Below are positions 41,040-52,265 of a stretch of 64,000 bases of DNA, piece by piece; within the stretch, counting starts at the first letter, position 1; each line of letters begins with the position of its first letter. The DNA comes from a gamma proteobacterium SCGC AAA168-P09 (GTDB lineage Bacteria; Pseudomonadota; Gammaproteobacteria; Magnimaribacterales; D2472): assembly GCA_000385055.1 (NCBI GenBank), contig ARRL01000003.1:59460-123459 (forward strand), given 5' to 3'. A program made the translations under genes and the position numbers. A model generated the notes under the pieces. That model had not been told where the DNA came from. It ran no database searches and was given only the letters and a program-made list of their open reading frames with translations.

Positions 41040-41819
41040 TTATCTTAAAATACCGCGAGAAGAAGTTTTTATTGATTTAATGAATGTTTCCAAATAAATA
41101 TCACTTGTGTCAGATAATATTAGATCAAGTTCTTTTATGGCCTCATTCAATTTAAGTTCTTTTTTATAGACTAGTTTAAAAGCTTTTTTAAGGGTTGCTA
41201 TTGAATTAGCAGGAATATCATTTCTAGTCATACCAACTGAGTTTAAGCCGACTATTCTTCCTGGATTTGAAGCAGCTTTTAAAAATGCAGGAATATCCAT
41301 GGTAACTGAGGTATTCATACCTAAAAAAGAATGGTCGCCTAAACAACAAAATTGATGAACTGCTGAGTATCCACCAATGACTACGAAGTTTCCAATTGTT
41401 ACATGACCAGCAAGACCGGCATTATTTGCAAAAATATTATTGTTACCAATGACGCAATCGTGTGCAACATGAGTATATGCCATAAATAAATTATCACTCC
41501 CAATTTCCGTAACACCCTTGTCTTGAACCGTGCCTCTGTGGACTGTAACTCCTTCTCTAAAAATATTATTATCGCCAATAATTAATTTAGTATCTTCTCC
41601 ATCATATTTCTTGTCAGGAGTATCTTCTCCAATAGAAGAAAATTGATAAATAACATTATTTTTTCCTATTTTGGTAGGTCCTTTTATAATTACATGACTT
41701 AAAACAGAGGTACCTTCACCCAACTCAACTGCATCGCCTATAATACAAAATGGACCAATATGAACAGATGGATGAATTTTAGCAGAACTGCTAATTATTG
41801 ATGATGCATCTATACCCAT
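41040..41819 (-). CDS. lpxA: acyl-ACP--UDP-N-acetylglucosamine O-acyltransferase
   Basis: 259-aa left-handed beta-helix hexapeptide protein. It begins IHPSVHIGPFCIIG and sits in the fabZ-lpxA order. Confidence 0.95.
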   Translation of the reverse strand: MGIDASSIISSSAKIHPSVHIGPFCIIGDAVELGEGTSVLSHVIIKGPTKIGKNNVIYQFSSIGEDTPDKKYDGEDTKLIIGDNNIFREGVTVHRGTVQDKGVTEIGSDNLFMAYTHVAHDCVIGNNNIFANNAGLAGHVTIGNFVVIGGYSAVHQFCCLGDHSFLGMNTSVTMDIPAFLKAASNPGRIVGLNSVGMTRNDIPANSIATLKKAFKLVYKKELKLNEAIKELDLILSDTSDIYLETFIKSIKTSSRGILR

Positions 41820-42259
41820 TAAGCTTTCCTATCAGCACAAAGTATTGTTGCTGAACATACCAGTCTATCATCAACAAAAGCTTTAGTTTCAAACTTCCAA
41901 ATACCCTTCTTTTCATTTACGATTTCACTATGAAGATGGAGAATGTCTTCAGGACCTACTCGAGACCTAAACCTAGCCTTATCAACACCAGCAAAAACAT
42001 AAATAGAACCTTCTTGGGGTGTTTTATTCATAGTTTTGAAGCCTAAGATGCCTGATGCCTGAGCCAAAGCTTCCAAAATAATAACTCCTGGCATAACTGG
42101 GTTATTTGGAAAATGACCTCTAAAATAATCTTCATTTGAGGAATTTCTTTTAATGCAATGTATTTTTTTTCCAAGTTCGATATAAACTATTTCATCAATA
42201 AACAAAAATGGTTCTCTATGAGGCAGAAATTTACTAATTTCTTCAGCATGATTTGACAT
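41819..42259 (-). CDS. fabZ: 3-hydroxyacyl-ACP dehydratase FabZ
   Basis: 146 aa. It has LPHREPFLFID and FRGHFPNNPVMPGV motifs. Confidence 0.96.
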   Translation of the reverse strand: MSNHAEEISKFLPHREPFLFIDEIVYIELGKKIHCIKRNSSNEDYFRGHFPNNPVMPGVIILEALAQASGILGFKTMNKTPQEGSIYVFAGVDKARFRSRVGPEDILHLHSEIVNEKKGIWKFETKAFVDDRLVCSATILCADRKA

Positions 42260-42261
42260 AA

Positions 42262-43197
42262 TTAGATTCTTTTTTTTATAAAAATTGACGACTTAGCCCA
42301 ATCTTTTTGATTTTGAGCTGGCATTATACCAATATAATTGCCTGATTTATTTATGCTTTTTGTAATTAATGTATGAGCACCTACAGTTACATCATCGCAT
42401 ACAGATAAGTGCCCTAAGACTCCAGAAAGTCCTCCCATTTGAAAATTTTTACCAATTATAGTTGATCCCGCTATAGCACAAGAAGCAGCAATTGCTGAAT
42501 TTTCTCCCAAGACTACATTGTGAGCAATTTGAATTTGGTTATCTAATTTGACTCCGTCATGAATTTCAGTGTTATCTAGAGCTCCTCTATCAATAGTACA
42601 AGAGGCTCCAATTTCAACGTCTTTTCCAATAACTAATTTACCAAGTTGCTCTATTTTGATATAACCATCTTTAGAAGGTGCATATCCAAAACCATCCGAA
42701 CCAAGGACCGAGCCATTATGAATTACAGAATATTCTCCAATTACAACATCTTGAACTATAGAGCAATTTGCTTTGATGATTACATGATTTCCAATAATAC
42801 AATCAGGTCCAATAACAACATTGGCACCTATAGATACATCGTTTCCAATTTGAGATCTATTTGATATAACTGCTGAAGGATGTATTGTTGGATTGTCAAA
42901 TTCAAAAATTGGTTTTTTAAATAAAGTAGTTAGCTTTGCATATGCCAAATATGGATCTTCAGAGACAAGATAATTTTTTTGATTATCTATTTTAAAATTG
43001 GTTGCAACAATGACGGCATTAGCTGAAGTTGTCTTTATGTACTTTTGGTATTTTTTATTCGTCAGAAATGATATGGATTCTTTAGTAGCATTCTGAAGAG
43101 TGGCAATATTGTTGACAACAGATGATTTATTGCCAACAATTTTAGAGCCTGTGAATTCTGCTATTTCAGATAGTGTGTATTCTTTAGTTTGAGACAC
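42262..43197 (-). CDS. lpxD: UDP-3-O-acylglucosamine N-acyltransferase
   Basis: 311 aa. It has hexapeptide repeats with the catalytic region QIAHNV. It is about 30 aa shorter than the E. coli protein. Confidence 0.93.
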   Translation of the reverse strand: MSQTKEYTLSEIAEFTGSKIVGNKSSVVNNIATLQNATKESISFLTNKKYQKYIKTTSANAVIVATNFKIDNQKNYLVSEDPYLAYAKLTTLFKKPIFEFDNPTIHPSAVISNRSQIGNDVSIGANVVIGPDCIIGNHVIIKANCSIVQDVVIGEYSVIHNGSVLGSDGFGYAPSKDGYIKIEQLGKLVIGKDVEIGASCTIDRGALDNTEIHDGVKLDNQIQIAHNVVLGENSAIAASCAIAGSTIIGKNFQMGGLSGVLGHLSVCDDVTVGAHTLITKSINKSGNYIGIMPAQNQKDWAKSSIFIKKRI

Positions 43198-43733
43198 TAC
43201 TCGGACTGAGTATTAGTCCCAGAAGCAGCAACATCCAACATAGATGTAACATCATCAGTTAGATCAAGAGCTGGATCACTAAATAAAATACTCTCATTTT
43301 TCTGAAATAAAACTTTTATTTGTTTTGCTTGTATAAGCTCCCCAATTATCTTCTGCATTGAGGCCCCGTTATCTGCAAAAACTTTTTGAGCAGTTTCTTC
43401 TTGAGCTTGTTGAATTTTACCAGCAAGAAATTCTATATCTTTACCTTTTGCTTGAATATCTTTTTGCATTTTTGCAATATCTTCTTGAGATAATGTTTCA
43501 AGTTCTTTTTGAAGTTTTTCTGCAATAGTCTGTCTTTCTGCCTGAAGAGACTGAGCTTTTTCTAGATTTGCTGAATAATCAGCATCTTCTTCCAAAGCCT
43601 TGAATGCATCATTGGCAGCTTGGGTTGATAAAACAGCAGTTCTCATATCTATCACAGCAATGCCTTCAGCTGCAAATGTAGGCATGCATAAAAGCAAAAC
43701 CGCTAGTAAATTTATTTTAAACATATTTTTCAT
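43197..43733 (-). CDS. skp: periplasmic chaperone Skp (OmpH family)
   Basis: 178 aa. It has a signal peptide (..PTFAAEG) and a long Gln/Glu/Lys-rich coiled coil. It lies between bamA and lpxD. Confidence 0.85.
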   Translation of the reverse strand: MKNMFKINLLAVLLLCMPTFAAEGIAVIDMRTAVLSTQAANDAFKALEEDADYSANLEKAQSLQAERQTIAEKLQKELETLSQEDIAKMQKDIQAKGKDIEFLAGKIQQAQEETAQKVFADNGASMQKIIGELIQAKQIKVLFQKNESILFSDPALDLTDDVTSMLDVAASGTNTQSE

Positions 43734-43769
43734 AATTACCCCTTAAATGGTGATGGTATTTTATATTAA

Positions 43770-46187
43770 TTAGAAAACATTTCCTACTGTGAATTGGAAT
43801 TCCTTTGTTCGTTCAAATTCACCAGCATTTTGTGGGCTTGCTATTGCAAAACTCATAGGCCCAAAACCAGTAATCCAAGTTACACCTACTCCATAGGAAT
43901 ATCTTAAATCCTCAACGGATGGTTTGTAACAATTTACTTGGTAATCTTTGCAATTATCAGAAAAAACATTTCCAAAATCAAAAAAGAAAGCAGATCGCAG
44001 TGAACGCTGATCTTCAATAAATGGCAATCTAAAAATTAGTTGGAGACTTCCTTCAACCTTAATATTGCCTCCTATTGAGGCACGATTTTGATAATTAGCA
44101 TTTGCATAGGGATTATAATATGGGGTATCTAAAATATTATCTCCATCAGTATCAAGAAGATTAGGGCATGTGCCTTCAGAATAATTAAATTGATAACATG
44201 GGGGTTGAGTGCTTCTAGGCCCTAATGTGTTTGATTCAAAACCACGAAGAGATCTGGGCCCACCTGCATAGAAATTTCTAAAAAATGGCGTTTCTTTTGT
44301 GTCTCCAAAAGCTTTTGTATATCCTAGATCAATATTAAATCCAAAAATAAAATTTCTTGATAAAGGTTTATAGTATTTATGAATAAAATTTAATCGTGAA
44401 TAGTCTATATCTCCTACAGGAAGTGTGGAAGAAAAACTAAAAACAGTTGATGAGCCATTAGTTGGAAATAGCCCTCTATTAAGGGTAACCCTTTGCCATG
44501 AAAGTTGAGCGGTTATTGTCTCAAAAATACTGCCTTCAGAGTCAACAAAATCCCATATTTCTCTTGCTGGTTGTGTTCCAATATCTATATCAGTTTTATC
44601 ATAGGTAAGTCCTAAATTTAATCTCTGTGTATCAGATATAGGATAACCAAATTGTGTTCCAAAGCCTTGGGAGTTGCTTAAATAATTTGCAACGTTGAAT
44701 TCACCATAATCAGTTTCTCTAAAATAAATATTGTAGCCACGGCTAACTCCATCTTTGGTAGCATATGGGTCTTGGAAAGAAAAATTATAACTTTCTGAAT
44801 AAATATTTTTACTAATACCAATTCCAACTGTATTTCCTGTGCCAAGAAAGTTTTGTTCCTGAAGATTAAAGCCCAACATTAAGCCAAAGTCACTATAACC
44901 AATATTGCCGCCAATAGAGCCTGTGTTTTCCTCTTCAACAGTGTATAAGATATCTACTTGATCATCTGTTAAAGGAACAGGGATCGTCTCCACTTCAACC
45001 TCTTTAAAGTAGCCTAATCTTTCTAACCTAACCTTACTATTCTCAATTTGTTTGTCTGATGTCCAAGCTCCTTCAAATTGCCTCATTTCTCTTCTTAAAA
45101 CATGATCTTGAGTTGTATTATTTCCTGCAAATAATATTTTCCTGGTGTAAGTTCTATTACCAGGCAAAATATTAAAAATAATTTTTACTTCTTTTGTATC
45201 ATCATTTATGTCTGTGCTTGGATTTACTTCAGCAAAGGCATAACCCTGATTCCCTAAGATGTTAATAAAAAAATCTTCTATACCTGAGATTTGGGACTGC
45301 GAATATGTCGTTCCAGTTAATGCTGATGTAACGTTTGCGTAGGCAGATATTGCAACAGGAATATCTCCAACAACATCAACACCTGAAATAGTATATTTGT
45401 CCCCCTCAAATAAGCTAAAGCTAATATATATATCCTTAAGATCTTTAGATAAACTTATCTGAGAAGATTCTATAGAAAATTTTAAATAACCTCTATTTTT
45501 ATAAAAAGATTCTAGACTTTCAATATCGCCTTCAAGCTTTTCTCGCGAGTACGCATTATTGTTATTTAAAAATGAAAAAAACGATCCTTCTGAAAGCTCA
45601 AAAAGATCTAATAGTTCATTATTGGTATAAATTTCATTTCCAATAATATTAATTTTTTTTATCTTAGCTCCGCTACCCTCATCAACAATAATATTAATTT
45701 GTATAGTATTCCTAGGCTGCTCAAGTTCCTCTATTTCTACATTAGCTCCATATCTACCATTTGAAGAATAAGATCTAACTAATTCTGATTTAACCTTTTC
45801 AAGGGTAGATCTTTTGTAAACTTCACCCTCTTTAATACCTACCCCATCAAGACTACTAAGTAATTGTTCAGTTTCTAATGCTTTATTTCCAGATATTTCT
45901 ATTGAAGAAATTGATGGCCTCTCAAGAACACTAATAATTAATGTATTTCCCTCTTTTGCAATTTGTATATCATCAAACTGCTCTGTGCTGAATAATGACC
46001 TTGAAATTTCAGACGATTTTCTTAAGTCAATACTATCGCCAACACTAATGGGTATAACATTAAATATACTTCCTGTTGAAACTCTTTGAAGCCCAACAAT
46101 TCTAATATCACTAACAAGGAATTCATCAAAAGCAGTAACTTGAATAGTTAATAACAAGCTTAAAAAATATAATTTAAATGTTTTCAA
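43770..46187 (-). CDS. bamA: outer membrane protein assembly factor BamA
   Basis: 805 aa. It has a signal peptide, POTRA repeats and a C-terminal beta-barrel ending in the aromatic residue (..FTVGNVF). Confidence 0.96.
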   Translation of the reverse strand: MKTFKLYFLSLLLTIQVTAFDEFLVSDIRIVGLQRVSTGSIFNVIPISVGDSIDLRKSSEISRSLFSTEQFDDIQIAKEGNTLIISVLERPSISSIEISGNKALETEQLLSSLDGVGIKEGEVYKRSTLEKVKSELVRSYSSNGRYGANVEIEELEQPRNTIQINIIVDEGSGAKIKKINIIGNEIYTNNELLDLFELSEGSFFSFLNNNNAYSREKLEGDIESLESFYKNRGYLKFSIESSQISLSKDLKDIYISFSLFEGDKYTISGVDVVGDIPVAISAYANVTSALTGTTYSQSQISGIEDFFINILGNQGYAFAEVNPSTDINDDTKEVKIIFNILPGNRTYTRKILFAGNNTTQDHVLRREMRQFEGAWTSDKQIENSKVRLERLGYFKEVEVETIPVPLTDDQVDILYTVEEENTGSIGGNIGYSDFGLMLGFNLQEQNFLGTGNTVGIGISKNIYSESYNFSFQDPYATKDGVSRGYNIYFRETDYGEFNVANYLSNSQGFGTQFGYPISDTQRLNLGLTYDKTDIDIGTQPAREIWDFVDSEGSIFETITAQLSWQRVTLNRGLFPTNGSSTVFSFSSTLPVGDIDYSRLNFIHKYYKPLSRNFIFGFNIDLGYTKAFGDTKETPFFRNFYAGGPRSLRGFESNTLGPRSTQPPCYQFNYSEGTCPNLLDTDGDNILDTPYYNPYANANYQNRASIGGNIKVEGSLQLIFRLPFIEDQRSLRSAFFFDFGNVFSDNCKDYQVNCYKPSVEDLRYSYGVGVTWITGFGPMSFAIASPQNAGEFERTKEFQFTVGNVF

Positions 46188-46195
46188 TTATCTTC

Positions 46196-47554
46196 CTAAA
46201 AAAACCGAGCAACATCATTAAAAACTGCAAAAATCATAAGTGCGCCTACCATTAATGCTCCAACTGTATATATTAAATTTTCAGTTTTTTCTGCAAGGGG
46301 TTTCCCTCTTATTGCTTCAACGCCTAACAATGTAAGCTGCCCGCCATCAAGTACAGGTATTGGCAATAAATTCAAGACTCCTAAACTAATACTCAATAAC
46401 GCCATTAAGTACATAAAAGGAACGAACCCAGCCTGTGCTGTGTTTCCAGCCATTTGTGCAATACCAATTGGACCACTAAGATTTTCAGTACCCATGTTTC
46501 CAGTGAGCATTTTTCCTATAAATTGCAAAGTTTTTATGCTTAAGTTATAGGTCTCATAAGCACCCTTTGAGATAGATTCTAAGAATGACCTACTTGTCCC
46601 AAAAGTAATACCCATGATACCTATTTCGTTTCCATCAACATCTTTAGAAGATCCTATTTTTAATGGTAATCGAATAAGATCGCCATCTCTTATTATGTCT
46701 ATAAAGACATTTTCATTTGGCATCTTAGAAATAATATTTTTTATGTCACTGGCATAATTAATTTCTTTATTCCCAATTTTAGATACGATGTCGTCTTTCT
46801 TAATTTCTGCGATTTGCGCAGGACCTAATTTAACTACAGAACCGATAATTGGCCTCATCTTATACTCAATATCTAATCCTAAATATTTAAGAGGATTTGA
46901 TTGAGATTCAGGTGATGGGAGAAAGTTTTTTACAGCAATAGCAACATTTACAGGAATATCTATATTTTCTCTTTTAAGATGTAAATTGACAATTCCTGAA
47001 TACCCAGCAAAAGATAGAAGTTCTAGGCTTATATCTTTAGGATCTCTAATAATAGTTGAGTCTATTGCATATATCTGATCACCAGGAATTACTTCAGAAT
47101 TGATTGTTGAGCTAATTGAAGAATTCACATCTTTTATAACAGCAATAGATTGAGGATCAGGGGTATTTAAAAAAATAATAGTAAATATAAAAATTGATAA
47201 AATGAAATTTGCAAGGGGTCCTGCAAACATAATCATAGCTCTTTGCCATTTTGGTTTTGAATCAAATGTATTTTTAATTTGCTCAGCAGTTAATTCTTTT
47301 TTTACCTCTGGCTCTAACTCAATTAGCTTATTAGTAATCATTGACACATACCCTCCTAAAGGTAAGGCTGATACTGCAAATTCTGTTCCATGTTTGTCTA
47401 GGCGTTTATATATTACAGGCCCCATTCCAAGTGAAAAGCGCTGAACGTGTACTTTAAATATTCTTGCAAAAATAAAATGTCCGTATTCATGAATAGTTAC
47501 AAGAACACCCAAAAGTGCAAGAAAAGAACCTATATAAATAATTGTTGTGGTCAT
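46196..47554 (-). CDS. rseP: sigma-E protease regulator RseP (site-2 zinc metalloprotease)
   Basis: 452 aa. It has the HEYGH zinc motif in TM1, tandem PDZ regions and the C-terminal LNLLPIPVLDGG motif. Confidence 0.94.
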   Translation of the reverse strand: MTTTIIYIGSFLALLGVLVTIHEYGHFIFARIFKVHVQRFSLGMGPVIYKRLDKHGTEFAVSALPLGGYVSMITNKLIELEPEVKKELTAEQIKNTFDSKPKWQRAMIMFAGPLANFILSIFIFTIIFLNTPDPQSIAVIKDVNSSISSTINSEVIPGDQIYAIDSTIIRDPKDISLELLSFAGYSGIVNLHLKRENIDIPVNVAIAVKNFLPSPESQSNPLKYLGLDIEYKMRPIIGSVVKLGPAQIAEIKKDDIVSKIGNKEINYASDIKNIISKMPNENVFIDIIRDGDLIRLPLKIGSSKDVDGNEIGIMGITFGTSRSFLESISKGAYETYNLSIKTLQFIGKMLTGNMGTENLSGPIGIAQMAGNTAQAGFVPFMYLMALLSISLGVLNLLPIPVLDGGQLTLLGVEAIRGKPLAEKTENLIYTVGALMVGALMIFAVFNDVARFF

Positions 47555-47557
47555 AAT

Positions 47558-48721
47558 TTAAGTGAGTGATTTTACCACCTTCTGTGCCTCAATGCGTGTT
47601 TGATTATCTATTTCATGTATTGCTTCTATATCAATATCTTTAGACAAAGGGATGGCATCAAAAGTTCTATAAATAACATCATATATCTTGTTAAAAGTAA
47701 TTTTATCATTTAAAAAATTTTCTACAGCAACCTCATTTGCAGCATTAAATACTGTTCCAGTTGAACCTCTTGTATTGCATACCTCGCGGGCAAGATTAGC
47801 TATTTCCAATCTATCCTTCGGAAATTCTTGAAAAGTGAGATTTAATGATGAAAAATTTATCTCAGAAAAATTTAGAGATAATCTTGATTCTTCAAGAGAT
47901 AGTGCATGAGAAATGGGAACTCTCATATCAGGATTACTCATCTGGCATATGCTTGAACCATCTTTATAAGTAACTATAGAGTGAATTATGCTTTGGGGAT
48001 GCACAACTAATTCAAAATATTCTTCATTTAAGTCAAATAAATACTTTGCTTCAATAAGTTCTAAACATTTATTTACAAGAGTTGCTGAATCAATGGTTAT
48101 TTTTGAACCCATTTTCCAGTTAGGATGATTTAAAGCTTCTTTTTTAGTTACTCCTGATAAATCATCAACCTTTTTATTTAAGAACGGGCCCCCTGATGCA
48201 GTAATTATAATTTTTGAAACATCATCAGTGTTTTTTTCTGAATTTAAGCATTGAAAAATTGCATTATGCTCACTATCAATTGGAATAATTTCTGTATTAT
48301 ATTTTTTTGCAGTTGGTAAAATTATGTCTCCTGCTGCAACAATACTTTCTTTATTTGCTAATAAAATTATTTTTCCTGATTGCGCTGCCATAAAAGTTGT
48401 CTCTAGACCAGAGAAACCAGATATAGCAGAAATTATTATATCTATACTCCTATGATTGAGAAGGTGTTGTAGCTCAGACTTATTATTAAATAATTCTATA
48501 CCTTCTGATTTTTTTAAATAGTCATTTATTATCTTTAAATTAGCTTTTGATTCACAGTATGCATAATCGGGTGCAAACTCCTCAATTATAGAAATTGCTT
48601 TGGTTGTATTTGATTGAAAAGCTATACCAACAAGGTTTAATTTATTACTATTCTGCTTAATGACATTCAAAACACTGTCTCCGATACTACCCGTTGCACC
48701 TAATAAAAGAATATTTTTCAT
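47558..48721 (-). CDS. dxr: 1-deoxy-D-xylulose 5-phosphate reductoisomerase
   Basis: 387 aa. It has LLGATGSIG NADPH binding, plus PIDSEHNAIFQC and NHPNWKMG motifs. Confidence 0.96.
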   Translation of the reverse strand: MKNILLLGATGSIGDSVLNVIKQNSNKLNLVGIAFQSNTTKAISIIEEFAPDYAYCESKANLKIINDYLKKSEGIELFNNKSELQHLLNHRSIDIIISAISGFSGLETTFMAAQSGKIILLANKESIVAAGDIILPTAKKYNTEIIPIDSEHNAIFQCLNSEKNTDDVSKIIITASGGPFLNKKVDDLSGVTKKEALNHPNWKMGSKITIDSATLVNKCLELIEAKYLFDLNEEYFELVVHPQSIIHSIVTYKDGSSICQMSNPDMRVPISHALSLEESRLSLNFSEINFSSLNLTFQEFPKDRLEIANLAREVCNTRGSTGTVFNAANEVAVENFLNDKITFNKIYDVIYRTFDAIPLSKDIDIEAIHEIDNQTRIEAQKVVKSLT

Positions 48722-49410
48722 AGACTCTCAGTGATTATCGATATTAAAAGTAAAATTGGGGTGGCAAGTAAGTGAGAATCTATTCTATCTAAGACTCCTC
48801 CATGACCAGGCAATAAAGACCCTGTATCTTTTATCCCCCTTTCTCTTTTATGAAAACTTATTAGCAGATCACCAAAAAAGGCAAGGCAGCCTCCCAATAG
48901 ACATATTGGTAAAAACCAATATTTTAAATTTAAAAAATAGCATATTGCGAGAGCATAAATTAAAACAAAAACTAATCCCCCAAGAAGACCCTCAACTGTT
49001 TTATTGGGGCTAATATTCGGTGCAATAGCAGTCTTTCCAAAATTTGAACCAAAAAGATATGCAAAAGTATCAAAAATAGTCGTGTTAATAATAATTACAA
49101 AAAAAAGATAGAAAATAGAGATTGAATCATAGGACTCAATAACATTAATCGATGGAAGTATGTTGGAAGTGGCTCCAACAAAATAAATTACCAAGAACCA
49201 GAAGTATAAAAAAATTAAATTCAACCCCCATAATATTGGATGCCTGAAATTATTTTTTACCCATTCGTAAAAAGCAAAAGCACAAACTGCTGACACCATT
49301 ACAAGGAAAATCCAATAATTTTTAGCTAAAATTATTAAGACTATTGGCACAATAATCAAAAAACCAGTAAATGATCTTCTTATTAAATTTAAATTATATT
49401 CTCTTCCCAA
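48718..49410 (-). CDS. cdsA: phosphatidate cytidylyltransferase
   Basis: 230 aa and polytopic. It has the signature SFHKRERGIKDTGSLLPGHGGVLDRIDS. The exact start is uncertain because the ORF overlaps uppS by 17 nt. Confidence 0.9.
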   Translation of the reverse strand: MGREYNLNLIRRSFTGFLIIVPIVLIILAKNYWIFLVMVSAVCAFAFYEWVKNNFRHPILWGLNLIFLYFWFLVIYFVGATSNILPSINVIESYDSISIFYLFFVIIINTTIFDTFAYLFGSNFGKTAIAPNISPNKTVEGLLGGLVFVLIYALAICYFLNLKYWFLPICLLGGCLAFFGDLLISFHKRERGIKDTGSLLPGHGGVLDRIDSHLLATPILLLISIITESL

Positions 49411-50122
49411 ACCTTCTACTCACTTTTTTAAAATTATCAAGACATTCAACAAAATCACCTTTTTTAAAATCTGGCCAGTACTTATCAATGAAATTTATTT
49501 CAGTATATGCTATTTGATATAAAAGAAAGTTGCTTATTCTCTTATCTCCACCAGTTCTAATTAATAAATCGATCTCATCTTCTGGACAGCATGAAAATTT
49601 TGAAATTAAGTCTTCATCTATATCATCAATATTTATATTTTTAGAGATAATTTGCTCTGAGATATATTTGGTAACATTTACAATATCTTGTCTGCCTCCG
49701 TAACCAAGAGCAACATTCAAATTTAGAACAGATTCTTCATGATTTGTTGCATTTTCTGCATCTTTTATTTTTGACAGTATTTTTGCACCGAAATTATCTA
49801 TATTTCCAAAAAATTTTAATCTCACTTTTTGTTTAACTAAGTCTGGAACTTGTTCATTAATAGCTATTATTACTAATTTTTTTATTGCATCAATTTCAAC
49901 TTTTGGTCTTGACCAATTCTCTGAGCTAAAAGCATATAGTGTAAGTGATGATAATTTTTGAATAACTGATTCTTCAACTATGTCTCTTACAACTTCAACT
50001 CCTTTACTATGACCCTTGCTTATATTAAGGGAATTAGACATAGCCCATCTACCATTACCATCCATAATAATGGCAACATTTTTTGCAGTCTTAGCAGATT
50101 TTTTTTTTATTTTGTTAGCCAT
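49394..50122 (-). CDS. uppS: ditrans,polycis-undecaprenyl-diphosphate synthase
   Basis: 242 aa. It has IIMDGNGRWA and the RTGGDKRISNFLLYQ motif. Confidence 0.95.
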   Translation of the reverse strand: MANKIKKKSAKTAKNVAIIMDGNGRWAMSNSLNISKGHSKGVEVVRDIVEESVIQKLSSLTLYAFSSENWSRPKVEIDAIKKLVIIAINEQVPDLVKQKVRLKFFGNIDNFGAKILSKIKDAENATNHEESVLNLNVALGYGGRQDIVNVTKYISEQIISKNINIDDIDEDLISKFSCCPEDEIDLLIRTGGDKRISNFLLYQIAYTEINFIDKYWPDFKKGDFVECLDNFKKVSRRFGKRI

Positions 50123-50132
50123 ATGGCTTCTC

Positions 50133-50687
50133 TTAAATTTCTAAAAGATCAGACTCTTTACCTTTTAACTCTGAATCAACAAGACCGATAAACTTATCAG
50201 TTTCTTTTTGTATAAGGTCTTCCATTTTTCTTAGATCATCTTCTGAAATTTCACCTGCTGATTGACTTTCTTTACAAGCTTGATTTGCATCTCTTCTAAT
50301 ATTTCTAATAGAAACTCTTGAATTTTCTGCCTCTGCTCTAGCTTGTTTGATATAGTCTTGTCTAGTTTCTTCCGTCAAAGAAGGCATAGAGATTCTAATT
50401 AAATCAGACGATGTGCTTGGATTTAATCCTAAATTAGAATTCATAATAGCTTTCTCAATTTCAGGGATCAGGCTTTTATCCCATGGAGATATAACTAAAG
50501 ATCTACCATCTTCTACACTTATGCTAGCAGTTTGATTAAGAGGGGAGAGATTTCCATAATAATCAATTTTAATATCATCTAAAATTGCTGGATTAGCTCT
50601 TCCAGTTCTAATCTTATTGAAAGCTTGACCAAGAGAAGAAAGTGATTTTTCCATTCTTGAAGTTGCGTTGTTTATTGTTTCATTCAT
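50133..50687 (-). CDS. frr: ribosome recycling factor
   Basis: 184 aa. The RTGRANPAILDDIKIDYYG motif is present and the pyrH-frr order fits. Confidence 0.96.
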   Translation of the reverse strand: MNETINNATSRMEKSLSSLGQAFNKIRTGRANPAILDDIKIDYYGNLSPLNQTASISVEDGRSLVISPWDKSLIPEIEKAIMNSNLGLNPSTSSDLIRISMPSLTEETRQDYIKQARAEAENSRVSIRNIRRDANQACKESQSAGEISEDDLRKMEDLIQKETDKFIGLVDSELKGKESDLLEI

Positions 50688-50688
50688 A

Positions 50689-51402
50689 TTATGATATTAA
50701 CGTACCTATTTTTTCACCGCAAATTATATCTTTGAGTGCGTCTTTGGTATTAACATTAAAAACTTTTATAGGTAGTTTGTGGTCTCTTGCTAAAGTTAAC
50801 GCAGTAGCGTCCATAACTTTTAGATTTTGAGATATAGCATCATCAAAAGATAACTCTGGATAAAATACTGCATTTGAGTTAATTTCTGGATCTGAATCAT
50901 ATACCCCATCAACCCTGGTAGCTTTTAACATCAAGTCTGATTGAGTTTCAATTGCTCTTAAACAGCCTGCTGTATCTGTTGTAAAAAATGGATTTCCAGT
51001 ACCAGCGGTAAAAATGACAACATAGCCATCACTCAAAAGTTGTATAGCAAGTCTTCTGTCGTAATGTTCCACAATTCCAGACATTGAAATAGCCGACATC
51101 ACTCTCGTTTTTATACCCGCTCTCTCTAGTGCGTCTCTAAAAGCAATGCCATTCATTACAGTTGCCAACATTCCCATATGGTCACCAGCAACCCTATCCA
51201 TACCAGCTTTATTAAGCTTTTCACCTCTGAATAAATTACCGCCACCAATGACAATCCCTATCTGAGCACCAATTTCTCTGCAAGATGCAACAGATGCAGC
51301 CATTTGATCTAATATTTTAGGATCTATGCCATGCTCATCATCACCAGCAACAGACTCTCCACTAAATTTTACGAGAATGCGTTGATGAAGAAGTTTAGAC
51401 AT
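50689..51402 (-). CDS. pyrH: UMP kinase
   Basis: 237 aa. It has [18 protein letters not shown] and [10 protein letters not shown] motifs. Confidence 0.96.
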   Translation of the reverse strand: MSKLLHQRILVKFSGESVAGDDEHGIDPKILDQMAASVASCREIGAQIGIVIGGGNLFRGEKLNKAGMDRVAGDHMGMLATVMNGIAFRDALERAGIKTRVMSAISMSGIVEHYDRRLAIQLLSDGYVVIFTAGTGNPFFTTDTAGCLRAIETQSDLMLKATRVDGVYDSDPEINSNAVFYPELSFDDAISQNLKVMDATALTLARDHKLPIKVFNVNTKDALKDIICGEKIGTLIS

Positions 51403-51405
51403 AAT

Positions 51406-52263
51406 TTATTTTAATTGTTCTGCAACCTCGTCAGCAAAACTTTTGCTCTCAACTTCAATGCCTTCACCGACCTTTAATCTTGAGTATGATTCAATCTTTG
51501 CATTCTTTGAATCTAATAATTCTTGTATTGATATCTCAGAATCCTTCACAAAATCCTGAGAAAGTAATGAAACTTCTGATAAGAATCTTTTTAATTTACC
51601 CTCAATCATTTTTTCCATAATCTCTTTTGGTTTACCAGACTCTTCTGCCTGAACCATATAGATTGCTTTTTCTCTTTCTAAAATTTCTAGATCAAGATCT
51701 GATTCTGATAAACATAGAGGGTTAAAAGCAGCTACATGCATTGCAATATCTTTTGCAAGAGATTCATCTCCGCCAAAGATAACTACAACTGCACCAAGCT
51801 TAGAATCGGAATGAATGTAAGAACCTGCATTCATATCTGAGCTAAAATCTTTAGTAATTAATCTTCTTAATTGAATATTTTCACCAATTGTTTGGACCAA
51901 TGATTTTCTTTTTTCTTCTATTTCAGATTCATGTAACTGAGAAATATCTGATATTTTATTTTTAGCAATAAAATCATGCACCTCGTTTGTAAAATCTACA
52001 AAATTTGTATCTTTAGCAGCAAAATCTGTTTCTGAGTTAATCTCGACTAAAGTTGCATAGTCATTACCAATAAAAATCTTTAAAACTCCATCAGCAGCGA
52101 CTCTTACAGCTTTCTTTTCAGCTTTTAATGCGCTATTTGATCTAAGTAAATCTAAAGCTTTTTCTATATTGCCTTGGCATTCTACAAGAGCTTTTTTACA
52201 CTCCATCATTGCAACACCAGTCATGCCTCTTAATTCTTTAACTTGAGATGCTTTAATTTCCAT
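51406..52263 (-). CDS. tsf: elongation factor Ts
   Basis: 285 aa. It has the UBA-like N-terminus VKELRGMTGVAMMECKKAL. Confidence 0.96.
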   Translation of the reverse strand: MEIKASQVKELRGMTGVAMMECKKALVECQGNIEKALDLLRSNSALKAEKKAVRVAADGVLKIFIGNDYATLVEINSETDFAAKDTNFVDFTNEVHDFIAKNKISDISQLHESEIEEKRKSLVQTIGENIQLRRLITKDFSSDMNAGSYIHSDSKLGAVVVIFGGDESLAKDIAMHVAAFNPLCLSESDLDLEILEREKAIYMVQAEESGKPKEIMEKMIEGKLKRFLSEVSLLSQDFVKDSEISIQELLDSKNAKIESYSRLKVGEGIEVESKSFADEVAEQLK

Positions 52264-52265
52264 TT